The notes below the pieces were generated by a model. That model worked only from the letters and a program-made list of their open reading frames with translations. It did not search any database and was not told where the DNA came from. DNA of 64,000 nt from Ginglymostoma cirratum (lineage: Eukaryota), in assembly GCA_024137785.1 (NCBI GenBank), contig JAHRHZ010000289.1, forward strand, positions 33,209,164 through 33,273,163. The letters are read 5' to 3'. Made by a program: the position numbers and the translations under genes. Positions 36,961 to 49,804 of this stretch are shown here, one piece after another (the first letter of the stretch is position 1; every line of letters starts with the position of its first letter).

Positions 36961-38504
36961 ATCAAGCTGTACACGGTTTTTTATTCACTCCTGTTACTGA
37001 AACTCAGTTCTTCAGTAGTTTTTCATTCATGATATATAATATTCAAATTCAAACCAGATTTACAATTGTGTGTCACCACTCTAGGAAAGGTTGGTTCACA
37101 TTTACTTCCGACGTTGTTAAGCATGATTATTCTAAACAGCCAGAAATGCTTTCACAATGAGGTAATGTTTTTGAAAAGAAATCAAACATTTGGAGATAGG
37201 ACTGCAATTACGGCAATGTTGTGAACATCACTTGGAGAATAAAACATCGTCCTCTTTTCTTATAATAGAAGCCAAATATCTTTTAAATAAAAGCAATATT
37301 TCATTTGCAGAATTCACATTGAAGGGCCATGTTCCAAAATGCATTGAAATGATAGCATGGATGCAAGTTATCTGGCCCATTCAATCTATGCTGATGTTCA
37401 TCCTCCACAAAATAGAAGCCTGACTCCCTTGTACTCTCTCTGATCCCATCTCCCTCTGCCTCCCTGCCCCTCACCCACGTCTCCAACCATTCATAAATGT
37501 TGACAAGAGTTCTGCATCAATCAATATCTCCGGCTTCAAGCAATTTCTACAACCTTGCAATCCTTTCTTTAAAAAGGCTTTTTTCTTGCTTGCTGTCTGA
37601 AATCTCTTACATTTACTTTTATATCCGGGTCTCTACAGATGAGATCCTTCAGCCAGTGGAAACAAATCCCTCCTCACATTCCATGGAATATGCGCAAGAG
37701 ACAGCCGCTGCTGGTGGCTCAAACACAAGGTGATTTTCTGTGAAGACTGTGCTTGACAAAAATCAACTTTCATGTAGTGTAATCAAAAACCCAACAGGGA
37801 TCATATATAAACTGGTCTGCAGGTTTAATAAGAACCGATCAGTAACTCTGTGAAAGTTGTCACTATTTTTTGTGAATGAACTGCGACAGTTATTTGAAAA
37901 TTGAATGTTCTTGCCCTCTACTAATCACATCTGGATAACACATTGTGGGTTGGAAGATATAGTTGTCTGTTTCAGGTGGGATATCACCATTATCTTTTGC
38001 ACAATGTTGACTATCATAAAACTAATTCTAGGAACCCACTGGAGAGAGGAGCGAAAACCACAATATCTACAGGAAACATACCTGTTCACAGCAAAAGACT
38101 GCAGGCCCACTTTATGTATTGATCTGATGCCTATCAACCTGTGGACTGGATTATTTCAATATTATCTATTGTCTGTAAAGCTGCAGTATCCTCTTTTCAA
38201 CAATAAACATGCTAATTTCAGGTCCTGTGTATAAACTCAGAAATTGCTGAATGGAGATTTATACAATCAGACGGACTCAAAAGTATTGTAAATAGGTCCA
38301 TGCAACAAAATCCAAATAACTGGAGTCATTCTTGAAACAGCAATGGTCAGGTATTCAAAAACGCAGTTCATATGCTATCTAATTTCAATTTCAACAAAGA
38401 AATCAGAAATGACACAGAGTGGTATGTGGTTCACAAATAATGACAACCTGGTCATATACGGTGCTAAATGAATGGATGACATACATTGTACATAATTTCT
38501 TTAA

Positions 38505-38735
38505 TTGGGATGTGTATTTTGATATCATTTGTTGCCTATTCCTAACTGCCTCTTGACTGAATGGGGTCCTGGGTCACTTAAGAGGGCAGTTAAGTGTCAG
38601 CCATATTGCTCTGACTAGGTCTGGGTTCATATATAGCGTGGATCAAGGAAGAGTGGCAGGTAGTCTTCCCCAAAGTATATTAGCGAATCAGGTGGGTCAA
38701 TAATAGTTTAATGCCCACCATTCCTGAGACTTTTT
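38505..38735 (-). mobile_element. Decayed SINE with Meta-like domain and LINE-derived tail
   Basis: GAGGGCAGTTAAG.GTCA.CCA.ATTGCT..GGTCTGG..GGCAG..TCTTCCC.AAAG.A.ATTAG.GAA.CAG.TGGG; related to 15583-15775. Confidence 0.5.
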
Positions 38736-39264
38736 TTTATTAACCTACCCTGCAGGTATCTCGCCTATCTAGCACTGCACCCTCAAGGCACCCTGATAGA
38801 ACACTTACTTTCTGCTCTTACCACTTGATGACAGCTGTCAAGGTAGCTGTCTTTGATTCTGGACCTTTAAATTTCAGACAACGGCAGCTGCCTGACATAA
38901 AAACAAGGCATCGTTTTGCCTTCCTTCGACCATTCTGTGCTGTGAGTCAACTGTCAGAATGGAAATATGGCTCTGCATTTCCGAGGAAGCCCTGAACAGA
39001 TTATCCTGCCTAAAATTCAAAGCATCCTGCTCCCATAAACAAAAAGGGGGCAAAGCAGCAATTTGTATGAGATTGCCATTACATGGAAAATCCGGCCCAT
39101 TGTTTATTTTGGTGAACACACAGACATTGAAACACGCTTTGAAACATTTTACATCTTTTGAGAAAACCAGATTAATTCACTATGAGATATGTGGCACTTG
39201 AAACCATAGGTATAAACATATCGCAACTGCACTATACACTACACTAAACGCAGTGATTCGTGAA

Positions 39265-39348
39265 GGCAGCTCACCACTACCTTGTCAAGGACAACTAGAT
39301 TTGGACAATAAATGCTGGGCTTAGCCAGCGACACACATCTCATGAAAG
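39265..39348 (+). mobile_element. LINE 3' tail fragment
   Basis: GGCAGCTCACCACTACCTT.TCAAGG.CAA.TAG..TGGACAATAAATGCTGG..TAGCCAGCGAC..ACATC.CATG; same family as the 34385 tail. Confidence 0.75.
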
Positions 39349-40849
39349 TACAAAAAAAAGCCTTGAATACACCAATTCCCTTTATCAAGCAAAAGCGTGG
39401 GATGATCTAATGTCACATTTTGAAACATTTGAAGTGTGTACAGAATCGCAGACCGATGACTGGGCTAACTGATCGATTGCAACTTGGATGTCTTTATATC
39501 ATTGCTTCCTCTGAGTCTGAAACATCCCTGCTCTAACCAGACCTGTCTTTAGAAGCAACCTTGTAAACAATGCATGTCAGGAGGCCACCTGACTCCATGC
39601 AGGAGAGTAGTATTTGTTCTGAGAGTGCCATTAGGAACAGACTCCACTCTACACTTATTGTATTTGCACTCAGTTTTGTTCTGATATTTGCTTTGAAATA
39701 GACGTCCTTGTTGAATTTGCAACTTTTAATAGACCACATTCTCAGCTGATTCTTTAAGACTGTTGGGTCAAATTTCACAGTCTATACAATGACTATTTGA
39801 TGTAAAAATGTGATACCTGACACAAGTCACTTAGGTGCCCCAAATTTACAGCTTGGACTGTATTGCATATTCTTTGATCTCTCCGTCCCTAACAAGCTGT
39901 GGCACCATCTTGTGGTGATGATTAACAGTTTTTTAAAACATAGCTTTGGTAAACAGTCCATGATTTAGAATGCAAATATCCAATACTGTACAATGAGCAT
40001 ACTGCAAAAACAAGTTGTGATACAGTAAGCCATTTGGACTAAATTTCCAGAAGTGACAGAACCAGTCCTATATTGAGTTAAAATTAGGAACTTGTAAGTT
40101 TGGTGTTTTGAATCTTCTTATTTGGATTGAAAAGCCTGAATTTGCATCAATTTTCAAATGCGTGCTATGATTGCAGTTATGCCTATTATTCTGTAAGAAT
40201 GTATAAAAGACATGATAGGATTAATTTAAATTGACTATTGTTGACTCTATTAGTGTGACCTTTGTGGGAACACGAGGCTGAAGGGAATGAATCAAAGTCA
40301 GGAAAATATCGTCAATTCACCTCAGTATGAAATATTTTGTATGTTCTGTGTATGCTGTGTTCTTAGGGCAGGCAATAAAAAGGACTAAGAGGCTGTACTT
40401 ATGAAACATCAGGAAGCTTTCCAATGATACAAATATCCATGATTTGCAAGACAGCATATATTTCATTAAGAAAACTTGAAATTCTTTTCTACTTTTCATA
40501 GGGATATTATTGTGATTAAGGGAAAGGGGATCCTTCAAACAGGATAAACCTACACCTGTATTTGCTTCCCAAACATGGGAAATGCTAGACATTTTTTCTT
40601 TGGGTGGGTGAGATGCAGGTTCGCAACTTTCCAAAAGGGAATTTTAAAGTAGTTCAGAGCTGACCATGCGTTATCCCTGATCATGAAAGGTTTTGGACAC
40701 ATGAACAGAAGAAAGGCATATCCTTCCTTTGTTTCGAGCTGGACACTGGCCAACATGCCAGAAGTTGCATCTTTGCCTTGGTTGTTCAATCAGCACTCTA
40801 GATGTGAATAGGGACTAGAAATAGCTAGACTGGGTAGGGTGAGTACAAC

Positions 40850-41100
40850 TCAAGGAATGAGGAGAAATTTCTTCTCTCAGTTGGTAACGACTTCTTCACC
40901 ACAGAGGGCTGGAGAAGCTGAGTTGTTAGGTATAATTAAGGCTGTGATAGACAGCTTTTTAATCAGTAAAAGATTCAAGGATTATGGGGAAAAGGCAGTA
41001 AAGTGGAGTTTAGGATTATTTCATCAACCATGATCTCATTGAGTGCCAGAACAGACTTGATGGACTGAACAGCCTGTTTCTGCTCTTATATCATATGGTC
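40850..41100 (+). mobile_element. CR1 3' end
   Basis: MRRNFFSQ..KAVIDSFLISK..KDYGEKA.KWS followed by the 3' UTR. Confidence 0.85.
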
Positions 41101-42485
41101 CTCAAGGTGAGAATCCTTGAAATAGTTATCTGTGACAGAACACCAGTGGAAATCGGAGAGAATGGAAGTTGTCTGGTTGAATCAAAGCAGCAAATTCTAG
41201 GGGAAATGTCAGTTTTCCACAGTTGAGTTAAAGACAGGTGAACGAGACCGGTAACTGTTTCTGTGGATTAAAGCAAAAAAAATTAAAGGGCAAGTAGGGA
41301 GACTGTGTAGAAGATTAATCTTGTTGCTATCATCTGAACAGCAGGATGTGTTAACCTTTGATCTTATAGTTTAAAGGACAAACGGGAGCAGGATGAAAGA
41401 GGTTCATTGTTCTGTAGCTCAAAAGCCAAAAGACTAATCCCGACTGGGAGAATTTAGCTTCTGTGTTCAGTTTATTGTATGAGTCCATACTAAGTTAAAA
41501 GAGGTCAACTTCTAGGTGTCGATTTCCATTGATGGGTCATGCATGATGTTATTTCACCTGTTCATCAACTACCAGTCTGACATGCATATCCTTACAAGTC
41601 TGAGACATTGTGAAATATTCTCATGTTGAGAATTTCATAATCTTAAAGCTTTGGAAGTGTTACTACTTATTCCAATCAAGACTGAATCCTCAAATGTTAA
41701 CATTTCATATTGTGAAAGATTATATTGGATTGCTGAGAATTGCACAAACAAGCTACCTATGATATAAAGTTTAATTTTTTAAAATATTAATTAATTTTTT
41801 ATTTTAAATTAATTTTTAAAAATACATTATTTCACCAGCTAAATTAGATTGAAACAAAACAGAAAATACATAGTTTAGAAAGCCAGAGCACATCCATAAT
41901 TCTCAATATTGATCATCATGCCTGTTGTCTCCAATTTCCACTGACTTTCTGTCACCGATAACGAATTTGAAGATTCTTACTTTGAAGACCATAAGACCAT
42001 AAGTTATAAGAAGCATTCAATCCATCAAGTCTGCTCCACATTCAATTCAATCACGACTGATGTGTTAATCCTGAACTCCACTTTCTTGCCTTTTCCCCAC
42101 AATCCTTGACTCCCTTACTGATCAAAAATCTATCTCCCTCAGCCTTAAGTGTACTGAGCCACTCAGCTTATACAGCCCTCTGTGGTAAAGAAGTTCACAA
42201 ATTCACTACCCTCCAAGAAAAGAAATTTATCTTATTCTCGGTTTTAGGTGGGTGACCCCTTATTCTGAGATTATGCTTTCTGGACCTAGGCACTCCCATA
42301 TGGGAAACAACCTTTCTGCATCCAACTTACAAAGTCCCCTATGATCTTGTATGTTTCAATAAGGTCACATTTCATTCTTCTATATTTCAATGGATACAGG
42401 TTAAGCCTTCTAAACCTCTTCTCAAATAACAGTCCCTCTTGACTGGGTATTAATTTCATGAGCCTTCTTTGAACTGCTTCTAATA

Positions 42486-42781
42486 ATTCTGGGATTTGCA
42501 TTTTAATCAATTAAAACCTGCATTTTCTTTCTAACTGATTAAAAATTTAACAGGAGGGAACTGGCCAGTCATTTTAGGTTTATTCATACATTAGCATCAG
42601 TTGTATGATCTTTTGATCTTTTACTTAGAAATTCTGTGTCTTGGTGCCTCTTTCACTACACCTGATGAAGGAGCAATGCTTCAAAAGCTAGTGTTTTCAA
42701 ATAAACCTGTTGGACTATAACCTGGTGTCCTGTGATTTTTGACCTTGTCCAACCCAGTTCAACACCGGCACCTCCACATCA
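42486..42781 (+). mobile_element. PLE family-B 3' region with decayed HHR, inserted in the CR1
   Basis: ACAC-CUGAUGA-A-GGAGC(AAU)GCUUC-aAAA-GC-UA/GUGU at 42658-42694 (G12 mutated). TSD TGCTTCTAATA (42475-85) / TGCCTCTAATA (42782-92). Confidence 0.8.
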
Positions 42782-43179
42782 TGCCTCTAATACTAATACA
42801 CCTTTCCTTGGACAAGGGACAAAATGTGATCAGTGTTCTTGCTGTGGTCTGACTAATGCCTTGTATAGTTTTAGCATGATTTCAATATTTTTATACTCCT
42901 TTTCCTTTAAAACAAAGGTCAATATTGCATTTGGCTTCTCTATTACCTGCTAGCTTTTTGACATTTAAGTATGAGGACTCCCAAATCCCTCTGCTGTCGA
43001 TTCAGTAGTCTTTCTCCATTTAAATATTCTTCAGCTCCTCTATTCTTCTTGTCAAAGTGCGTAACCTCACATTATCCCTTATATTTCAGCTGCCAAGTTA
43101 TTTTTCTACTCGTTTAAATTGTCCATATCCATCTGCAGACTCTTTTCGTCATCCTCACCATTTGCCTTCCCAAATATTT

Positions 43180-44605
43180 GACAACACCTCCTTTACCATA
43201 ATCCTCAACACAAATGCCCCTCAAAGGTTAAGTACTCAGGCCCCGACAATACTCCGAACACGCTCGCAACTGTGTGGCCAAATTCTGTCCAGACTCTATT
43301 GACATGTTTGCTCACGACACTACCATTGTAGGTTGGATCTCAAGCAACAATGTGACAGAGTACAGGGACATAGTGTTTAGCAGCATGGCTTGTCTGTCTG
43401 TCCTCTGCATGCTGTAATGCTTCAGTGAATCACACCGCAAACTGGAGAAGCAACATCTCATCTTCAGACTAGCCACTCTACAACCTTCTGGGATCAATAT
43501 GGAGTTCAATACCTTTAGACTGGGAAACCACTCTCATTCCTTCTCTTTCTTTCAGCTTTAACTGTTACATTTTCTGTCACCATGTCCTCTCTCCCCTCCA
43601 GTGGGGCTGTCCGTTCTTTCTAGTCAATTGGACATTGTTCTGCCATTCTCACATGCCAACCACTTAATCTACACTAACAACATCCTTTCTCCCCCAGCAC
43701 TCCACTCGCCACTCCCCCACTTCCCCACTATTGCAAAAATGCTGCTCCCTCCACACTTCACATTAGCTCTGATAAAAAGTCACCTAGACTTGAAACATTA
43801 GCTTGCTTTCGGTCCATGGGAGCTGCCTGACCCACTGTGATTTCCAGCATTTTTTGTTTTCAATCTCTCCATCATGTCAGCAAAATGAAGGAGCTGGTCA
43901 TTGACTTCAGGAAGGGGAGCGGAGGGCACGCCCCTATCTGTATCAATGATGCTGAGGTGGAGAAAGCATCAAGTTCCTGGGAATGACGATCACCAACAAT
44001 CTGTAATGGGCCACCCATGTCAACGCAATTGTCAAGAGAGCACATCAATGTCTCTACTTCCTCAGAAGGCTAAGGAAATTCGGCATATCCACAAGGACTC
44101 TTACCAATTTTTGGTATCAGCATAGAAAGCATCCTATCTGGATGCGTCACAGTGTGATATGGCAACTTCTCTTTCCAAGACTGCAAGAAACTATAGACAG
44201 TCGTGAACACAGCTCAGTGCATCACGCAAAACAGCCTTCCATCCATTGACTTCATCTACACTTCCCACTGTCTCGGGAAAGCAACCAACATAATCAAAGA
44301 CCTGTCCCACCCTGGTTATACTATCTTCCACCTTCTTCCATCAGGCAGAAGATATAAAAGTTTGAATACACATACGAATAGATTCAAGAACAGCTTCGTC
44401 CCCGCTGTTATCAGGCTTTTGAACATACCTCTCAAATGTTAATTCTGATTTCTCTCTCTGCACTTTCACTGTGGCTGTAACACTGTATTCTGCACTCTGT
44501 TCTGCTACCCTGATGCACTTTGTATGGTATAATCTGCCTGTATAACATGCAAAACAACGTTTTTCACTGTCTTTCTCTCCATGTGACAACAATGAATGAA
44601 TTAAT
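43180..44605 (+). mobile_element. Rex1/Babar-like LINE fragment nested in the CR1
   Basis: FAHDTTIVG.IS.N..TEYR, VSKMKELVIDFRK, KFLG, LYFLRRLRKFG, IESILSGC.T..YG and LLPSGRRYKSL..TNRFKNSF.PA.IRLLN. Confidence 0.85.
43389..43860 (+). mobile_element. PLE fragment (GIY-YIG C-terminus, 3' UTR, decayed HHR) nested in the Rex1
   Basis: LSVLCML*CFSESHRKLEKQHLIFRLATLQPSGINMEFN is homologous to 18600-18715. CTGATAAAAAGTC..GACTTGAAACATT at 43769-43799. Confidence 0.85.
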
Positions 44606-45171
44606 CAACTTTTTTTGTGTCATCTGCAAATTCAGCAACAGTACATTTGCTTTCCTCATCTACATCATTGACATATATTGGGAACAACTGTGGCTCCAGC
44701 ACTGATCTGTGTGGCACTCACCACTTATAGGTTGTCATCCTGACATTGCCTTGCTTATCCCAGTTCTGTGCCTTCCATGAGTTTGCCAATCCCCAACCCA
44801 TACCAATATACTACCTCCAACACCATGAACTCGTATATTGTCTTAATAAGTAGCCAAATGTGTGGCATCTTGTCAAATGTCCCCTAAAAATCCAAAAATA
44901 TCACATTCATTGTTTCCCCATTATCTATCCTGCTTTTTATTGCCTCAAAGAATTCAAATAAATTTGTCAAACATGATTTTTCCTTTGCAAAGCTGAATCT
45001 GCTTGATCATATCATTTACTTCTAAATGCTTTGTTAGTTCACTTTTTTTTTAACAGACTCTAACATTTTCCCAACAACAGATTTAAAGCTAACTGGCCTT
45101 TAGATACCTTTTCTTTTATCATTTCTTTGCTTTTTTAAAAAATAAAGTTATTGCTTTGGCAGTTCGTCAAT

Positions 45172-45655
45172 TGTCTCAGATCACACAGCGTATCCAAGCG
45201 GTATGTTTCATATTTGGTTAAATGTAGTTAAGAGAAGGCTCAACAGCAGCAATTTGCTTAAATATGAATGTTTATTAAGTAGTAATAAAAGATGAAAAAG
45301 AAAGGAATATTTATTAAGTAAATAAAAAGAATGACAAAGACAGGAAATAAACAATAAGCCTCACGCCCTTCTGCGGGTCGGGGACCCTCAATCAATGTCT
45401 GGTCTGGAGGCTGAGGTTGTTCCTGGCGCTGTTTGTGATCCCGGTCCGAGGTGAAGTCCAGTGACTTGGAACGAAACTCTCTCTCTGGTATACAGTGTAG
45501 CAAACAGCCGGGCACAGAAAAAAAAAATACTACTACAGATAAACACATTGATTGTGCCTGCTTCGGCACGTACAGGAATGTTCACAGGGCTCATTCAAGG
45601 TCATGCAGCTGTCGAATATCATCAACAAGTTTAGCCCTTCAGCCCATCCTATACA
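45172..45655 (-). mobile_element. Candidate solo LTR, 484 bp
   Basis: Termini TGT..ACA; 5-bp TSD TCAAT (45167-71) / CCAAT (45656-60); interrupts colinear CR1 sequence; AATAAA ~100 bp from the 3' end on the minus strand; CpG-rich core. Confidence 0.7.
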
Positions 45656-47182
45656 CCAATCTTCCAGCACTTTTCCAGAATCTAAGGATTCTTAGGAGAT
45701 TATTATTAGTGCAAATAATATTTCTGCAGCTAAGTCTTTTAACGTCCAAAGATGTATTCTGTTAGGTCAAGAGGACTTATCAATATTTAGCCACCTTAGC
45801 TTCCCCCATACATTTTCTCTTGGGATAATTATTTTATTTATTTCCTCTTCTCCTTTGCCCCTTGATGGTAATTTTGGAATGCTACTCATGTTTTCTACAG
45901 TGAAGGCTGTTGCAAGGCATTTATTCAACTCTTTTGCCAATTCCTGGATCTCCATTGTTATTTCTCAAGCCTCGTTCACAAAGGGGACAATGTTAACTTT
46001 TATCTTGCTCTCTTCCTTTTCATATATTTAAAAACAAACTTTTGCTATCTGTCTTGATATTACTTACAAGTTTACCTTCAATGTTTATCTTCTCCTTTCT
46101 GTTGGTTGTCTTTTATGGATTTTGACACTTATCAAAGTGTGTGGTTTGACACTAATCTTTGCCACATTGTATGTTTCTTTTGTTCTTTCACTTTGATGTT
46201 AGCCTTAACTTCCATGGATAACCTTCATTGACTTGTCCTAAGAATCCTTTTTCACATTGGGATATATATTTGCTGTGAGCCATGAAATGTTTTCCTAAAT
46301 ATCTGCTGTTTTTTCTCAACCATCTTTGCTCACCTCCTTTCCCAGTCTCCTCCAGATTATTCTGCTCTCATTCTTTTGCAACTACTCCGATTCAAATTTC
46401 TGACCTAAGTCACTCCTTCTCAAACTGAAAGCTCAATTCTACTATGTTTTATGGACCCTGATCAAATCGGGGATCTTTTACTCTGACATGGTTTACTAAA
46501 ACTGCCTTAAGACACATAGTAGATTTAAAACAGTCTGATCCACAAACCATCACAACTATTTAATCTCTGTTAATCTTTGTTTGGTACAGTGTGGCATCCC
46601 TGAATGCAACTCTAAACCAATTATTCATTGCTTAGTTCACTGTTGATAGTCACAAGTTCAGTTACTATGCACTTTCTTTTGGTGTGTACTTCATCAGTAT
46701 CTCAGGCTGTTCATTCTCTCTCCAAACATTTCCTTTAAATTCATTTCCCACAAGATTTTTGTTCGCCTTCGTCTTTCTTTCCTTTCTCACATCTGCTGGC
46801 ATCACTCTCGACACAAGTAGCTAGAGAAAACTAAGCTATTTAATCATTTGGATTTTCAGTGACTAAAGTACAGTCTCTCATGCTTAAATAATGGTGTTAT
46901 CATACATTATTGACGTGTAGAATAACGGTGTTAGCATCTGCTTAAAGACATCATGTTTGAAGATGAAATTTGTTAGGACGGTGTACGCTTGACACCAAAG
47001 GACCTTGGTTCAAAGATTGCTTAGACTGATGTGGCTGAGGTTTCTGAAAGAGATTAGTGAGGCATTCACAACCCAATGTGCACTAATATCATAGAAATTA
47101 GATGTAACATTTCCAACACGGATAACTCTATGTGCTTAAATCAATCTACAAGGGAAAAAACAGAGGTGGCATTTGTTTTTTA

Positions 47183-47514
47183 TAGAGTCATAGAATCCCT
47201 ACATTGTGGAATCTGGCCATTCGGCCTATCGAGTCTGCATCAACCCTTCAAAGAGCAGCGCACACAGACCCATGCCCTACTCTATGCCTGTAACCCTGCA
47301 TTTCCCATGGCTAGTCCACTTAAACTGCAAAACCCTGGACACTCTGAGCAGTTTGGAAAGGTCAAACCACCTAACCCGCACGTCTTTGAATCATGGGAGG
47401 AAACCAGCGCACCCACAGGAAACCCGTGCAAACTCAAGGAAAATGTGCAAACTCTGCACAGAAAGTTGCCCAAGGTTGAAATCAAACTCAGATCCCTGGT
47501 TGTGTGAGGCAGCA
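47183..47514 (-). mobile_element. HE1 SINE lacking the extreme 5' end
   Basis: Antisense V-domain and tail, ending at TGTGAGGCAGCAC. Confidence 0.85.
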
Positions 47515-49289
47515 CTTATTGGGAAGTTGTTCCCATACAGAATGAATGCTAGAAATTTTATACCTGAAAGAATATTATGCTTAAAAGAACACAGTAGTAA
47601 ATTTTAGAAACACCCGCTTGGTAATTGTTCAGAATACTTTTGTTAGTTTTATCACAGAAGAAAACAATTCATCAGCAAGAAGTGTGGAAATGCAAACCCC
47701 TAGACAGGCAACACAAATGTCTGGCAGCCTTGTGAGCCTCACAACCAACCCAGACATACACATCTACAAACAAGACAAAGGGACAGAAACACTCATCCTA
47801 AACAAGTGTGATTATGTTAACAAGGGCACACTATTTTTGATACTGTGTCCAAAAGCATTTGCATTGGCTCTGCTGCTCAGTATGACCAGACTTCTTTGCT
47901 TGAAAGCAAGCTAAAACAATGCTGTTGGAGTTTTGTAAGAGCAACAAGCTGTGGGTGATAAGATTCATCCTCACAGTTAATTATGGCCGCATATGCATGG
48001 GCTGCCCACGACAGACAAAACTGATTTCTGTTTTAAGTTCAATCTCTTGTCTGCTAAATTCAATGCACCATGAATTGGTGAAATGGCTAAACAATTTGCA
48101 ATAAACAATTTTGAGTATGTTTTCCACATACACAGTGAAGGATTCCTTCATATTTGTGAAGACCATGAATCAATTCCTGTATTTGAATCCACAGCTCCCA
48201 GCATGAATTTACTTATATCGTAATGGATTCCATCCCATGCTCAAATTCATATTCAAAACCACACAGATAAATGAGCCCCTACGCCTTGACACACTCGTTT
48301 AGATATTGGCTAGAGGTTACTCTACTGCTGTCTACCAGAAGCCAACCTTCGCTAGTCAATATATGCTTTGGGATTCCTACAACTCTATGCACTGTAAGAT
48401 TGGCTTTATTGGCAACCTTATAAATGGGGCCTAAGTCATTTGCTCATTATGGAAGCTCCGTACCACATTAAAGCCACGCCTGGGATAACAGCAACACTCA
48501 TCAGATTATGTCTTGATGAAAGCTTGTGAATAAGCCAAAGGCTGTCAATGTTGCATCTGAAAAGTGCCAGTCTACCACAGATTATCATTGGAAATTATCG
48601 ACACAAGCTCTGTAAGATGTTTCAAAAATCTGAACAACAGGTAAAGCTAGCTGTTTCACGCTACTACTATGCACTGGCAACCTGAGTGGTGTTTGCCATT
48701 AATAAGGGACTGCTGTCAAGCCAAGAAGATATTCTGCCAATCATACAGATGAGTAATGTGGTACATGAATTTCTTGCCAGTGTACTGCTATTTATGTCAG
48801 CCATCTGTCCCAGAGATTGTTGTACTAATAACAGTTACTACATAATACCAATGTGGTAATATTTATACTTATACTATAAAATGAATACACTAAGACTATC
48901 GTAGATAGTACTAATTAGCAGTTCCCCAGTGCTGTTTGCACAGGCAGTGTACAGACCATATCCAAACTGCCTGTTGTTGCAAAACCCAAGACTTGGCATC
49001 TAACATTGTGTGGGATTCCACAAGTGGACAACATTTGCTAAATAATCCTTTGCATTTTAAGAGTTATCCTGACAACAAATTTAAGATTGTCAATCAAGGT
49101 GACAGATTAAATTAGAAGCTGCATATAACAACACACAAGACCCCATTCTTTGTAACCATAAACAACATGTACACACATTATGCCTGTTCCAAATTAACAA
49201 AATAGCCAACAACTATTTGCTGATTTATTCCTCACCAATCAGAGCCAACCTGTCTGGTTTAAATTTAAATGAATTTAAACAAATGAACT

Positions 49290-49804
49290 CAGAGATAAAA
49301 GGTACTGCAGATGCTGGAGAATCCGAGATAACAAGCATGGGGCTGGATGAACACAGCAGGTCAAGCAGCATCATAGGAGCAGGAAAACTTGCTCCTATGA
49401 TGCNNNNNNNNNNNNNNNNNNNNNNNNNNNNNNNNNNNNNNNNNNNNNNNNNNNNNNNNNNNNNNNNNNNNNNNNNNNNNNNNNNNNNNNNNNNNNNNNN
49501 NNNNNNNNNNNNNNNNNNNNNNNNNNNNNNNNNNNNNNNNNNNNNNNNNNNNNNNNNNNNNNNNNNNNNNNNNNNNNNNNNNNNNNNNNNNNNNNNNNNN
49601 NNNNNNNNNNNNNNNNNNNNNNNNNNNNNNNNNNNNNNNNNNNNNNNNNNNNNNNNNNNNNNNNNNNNNNNNNNNNNNNNNNNNNNNNNNNNNNNNNNNN
49701 NNNNNNNNNNNNNNNNNNNNNNNNNNNNNNNNNNNNNNNNNNNNNNNNNNNNNNNNNNNNNNNNNNNNNNNNNNNNNNNNNNNNNNNNNNNNNNNNNNNN
49801 NNNG
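49290..49804. mobile_element. PLE family-A hairpin element spanning gap 2
   Basis: Tailed minus arm 49290-49390, then the inverted arm GCTCCTATGATGC running into the Ns. TSD TTAAACAAATGAACT (49275-89) / TTAAACAAATTAACT (49805-19). Confidence 0.8.
49404..49803. other. Assembly gap (400 N)
   Basis: Run of exactly 400 N. Confidence 0.99.

Larger units (their letters stand above)
41985..46540 (-). mobile_element. Long CR1 LINE with multiple nested insertions
   Basis: Colinear CR1 ORF2 segments on the minus strand at 41985-42485 (tail; LEAVQRRL..RRMKCDLIETYK), 42782-43170, 44610-45171 (RT core) and 45656-46540 (ELNKCLATAFTVE..KLRWLNIDKSS). Confidence 0.88.
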
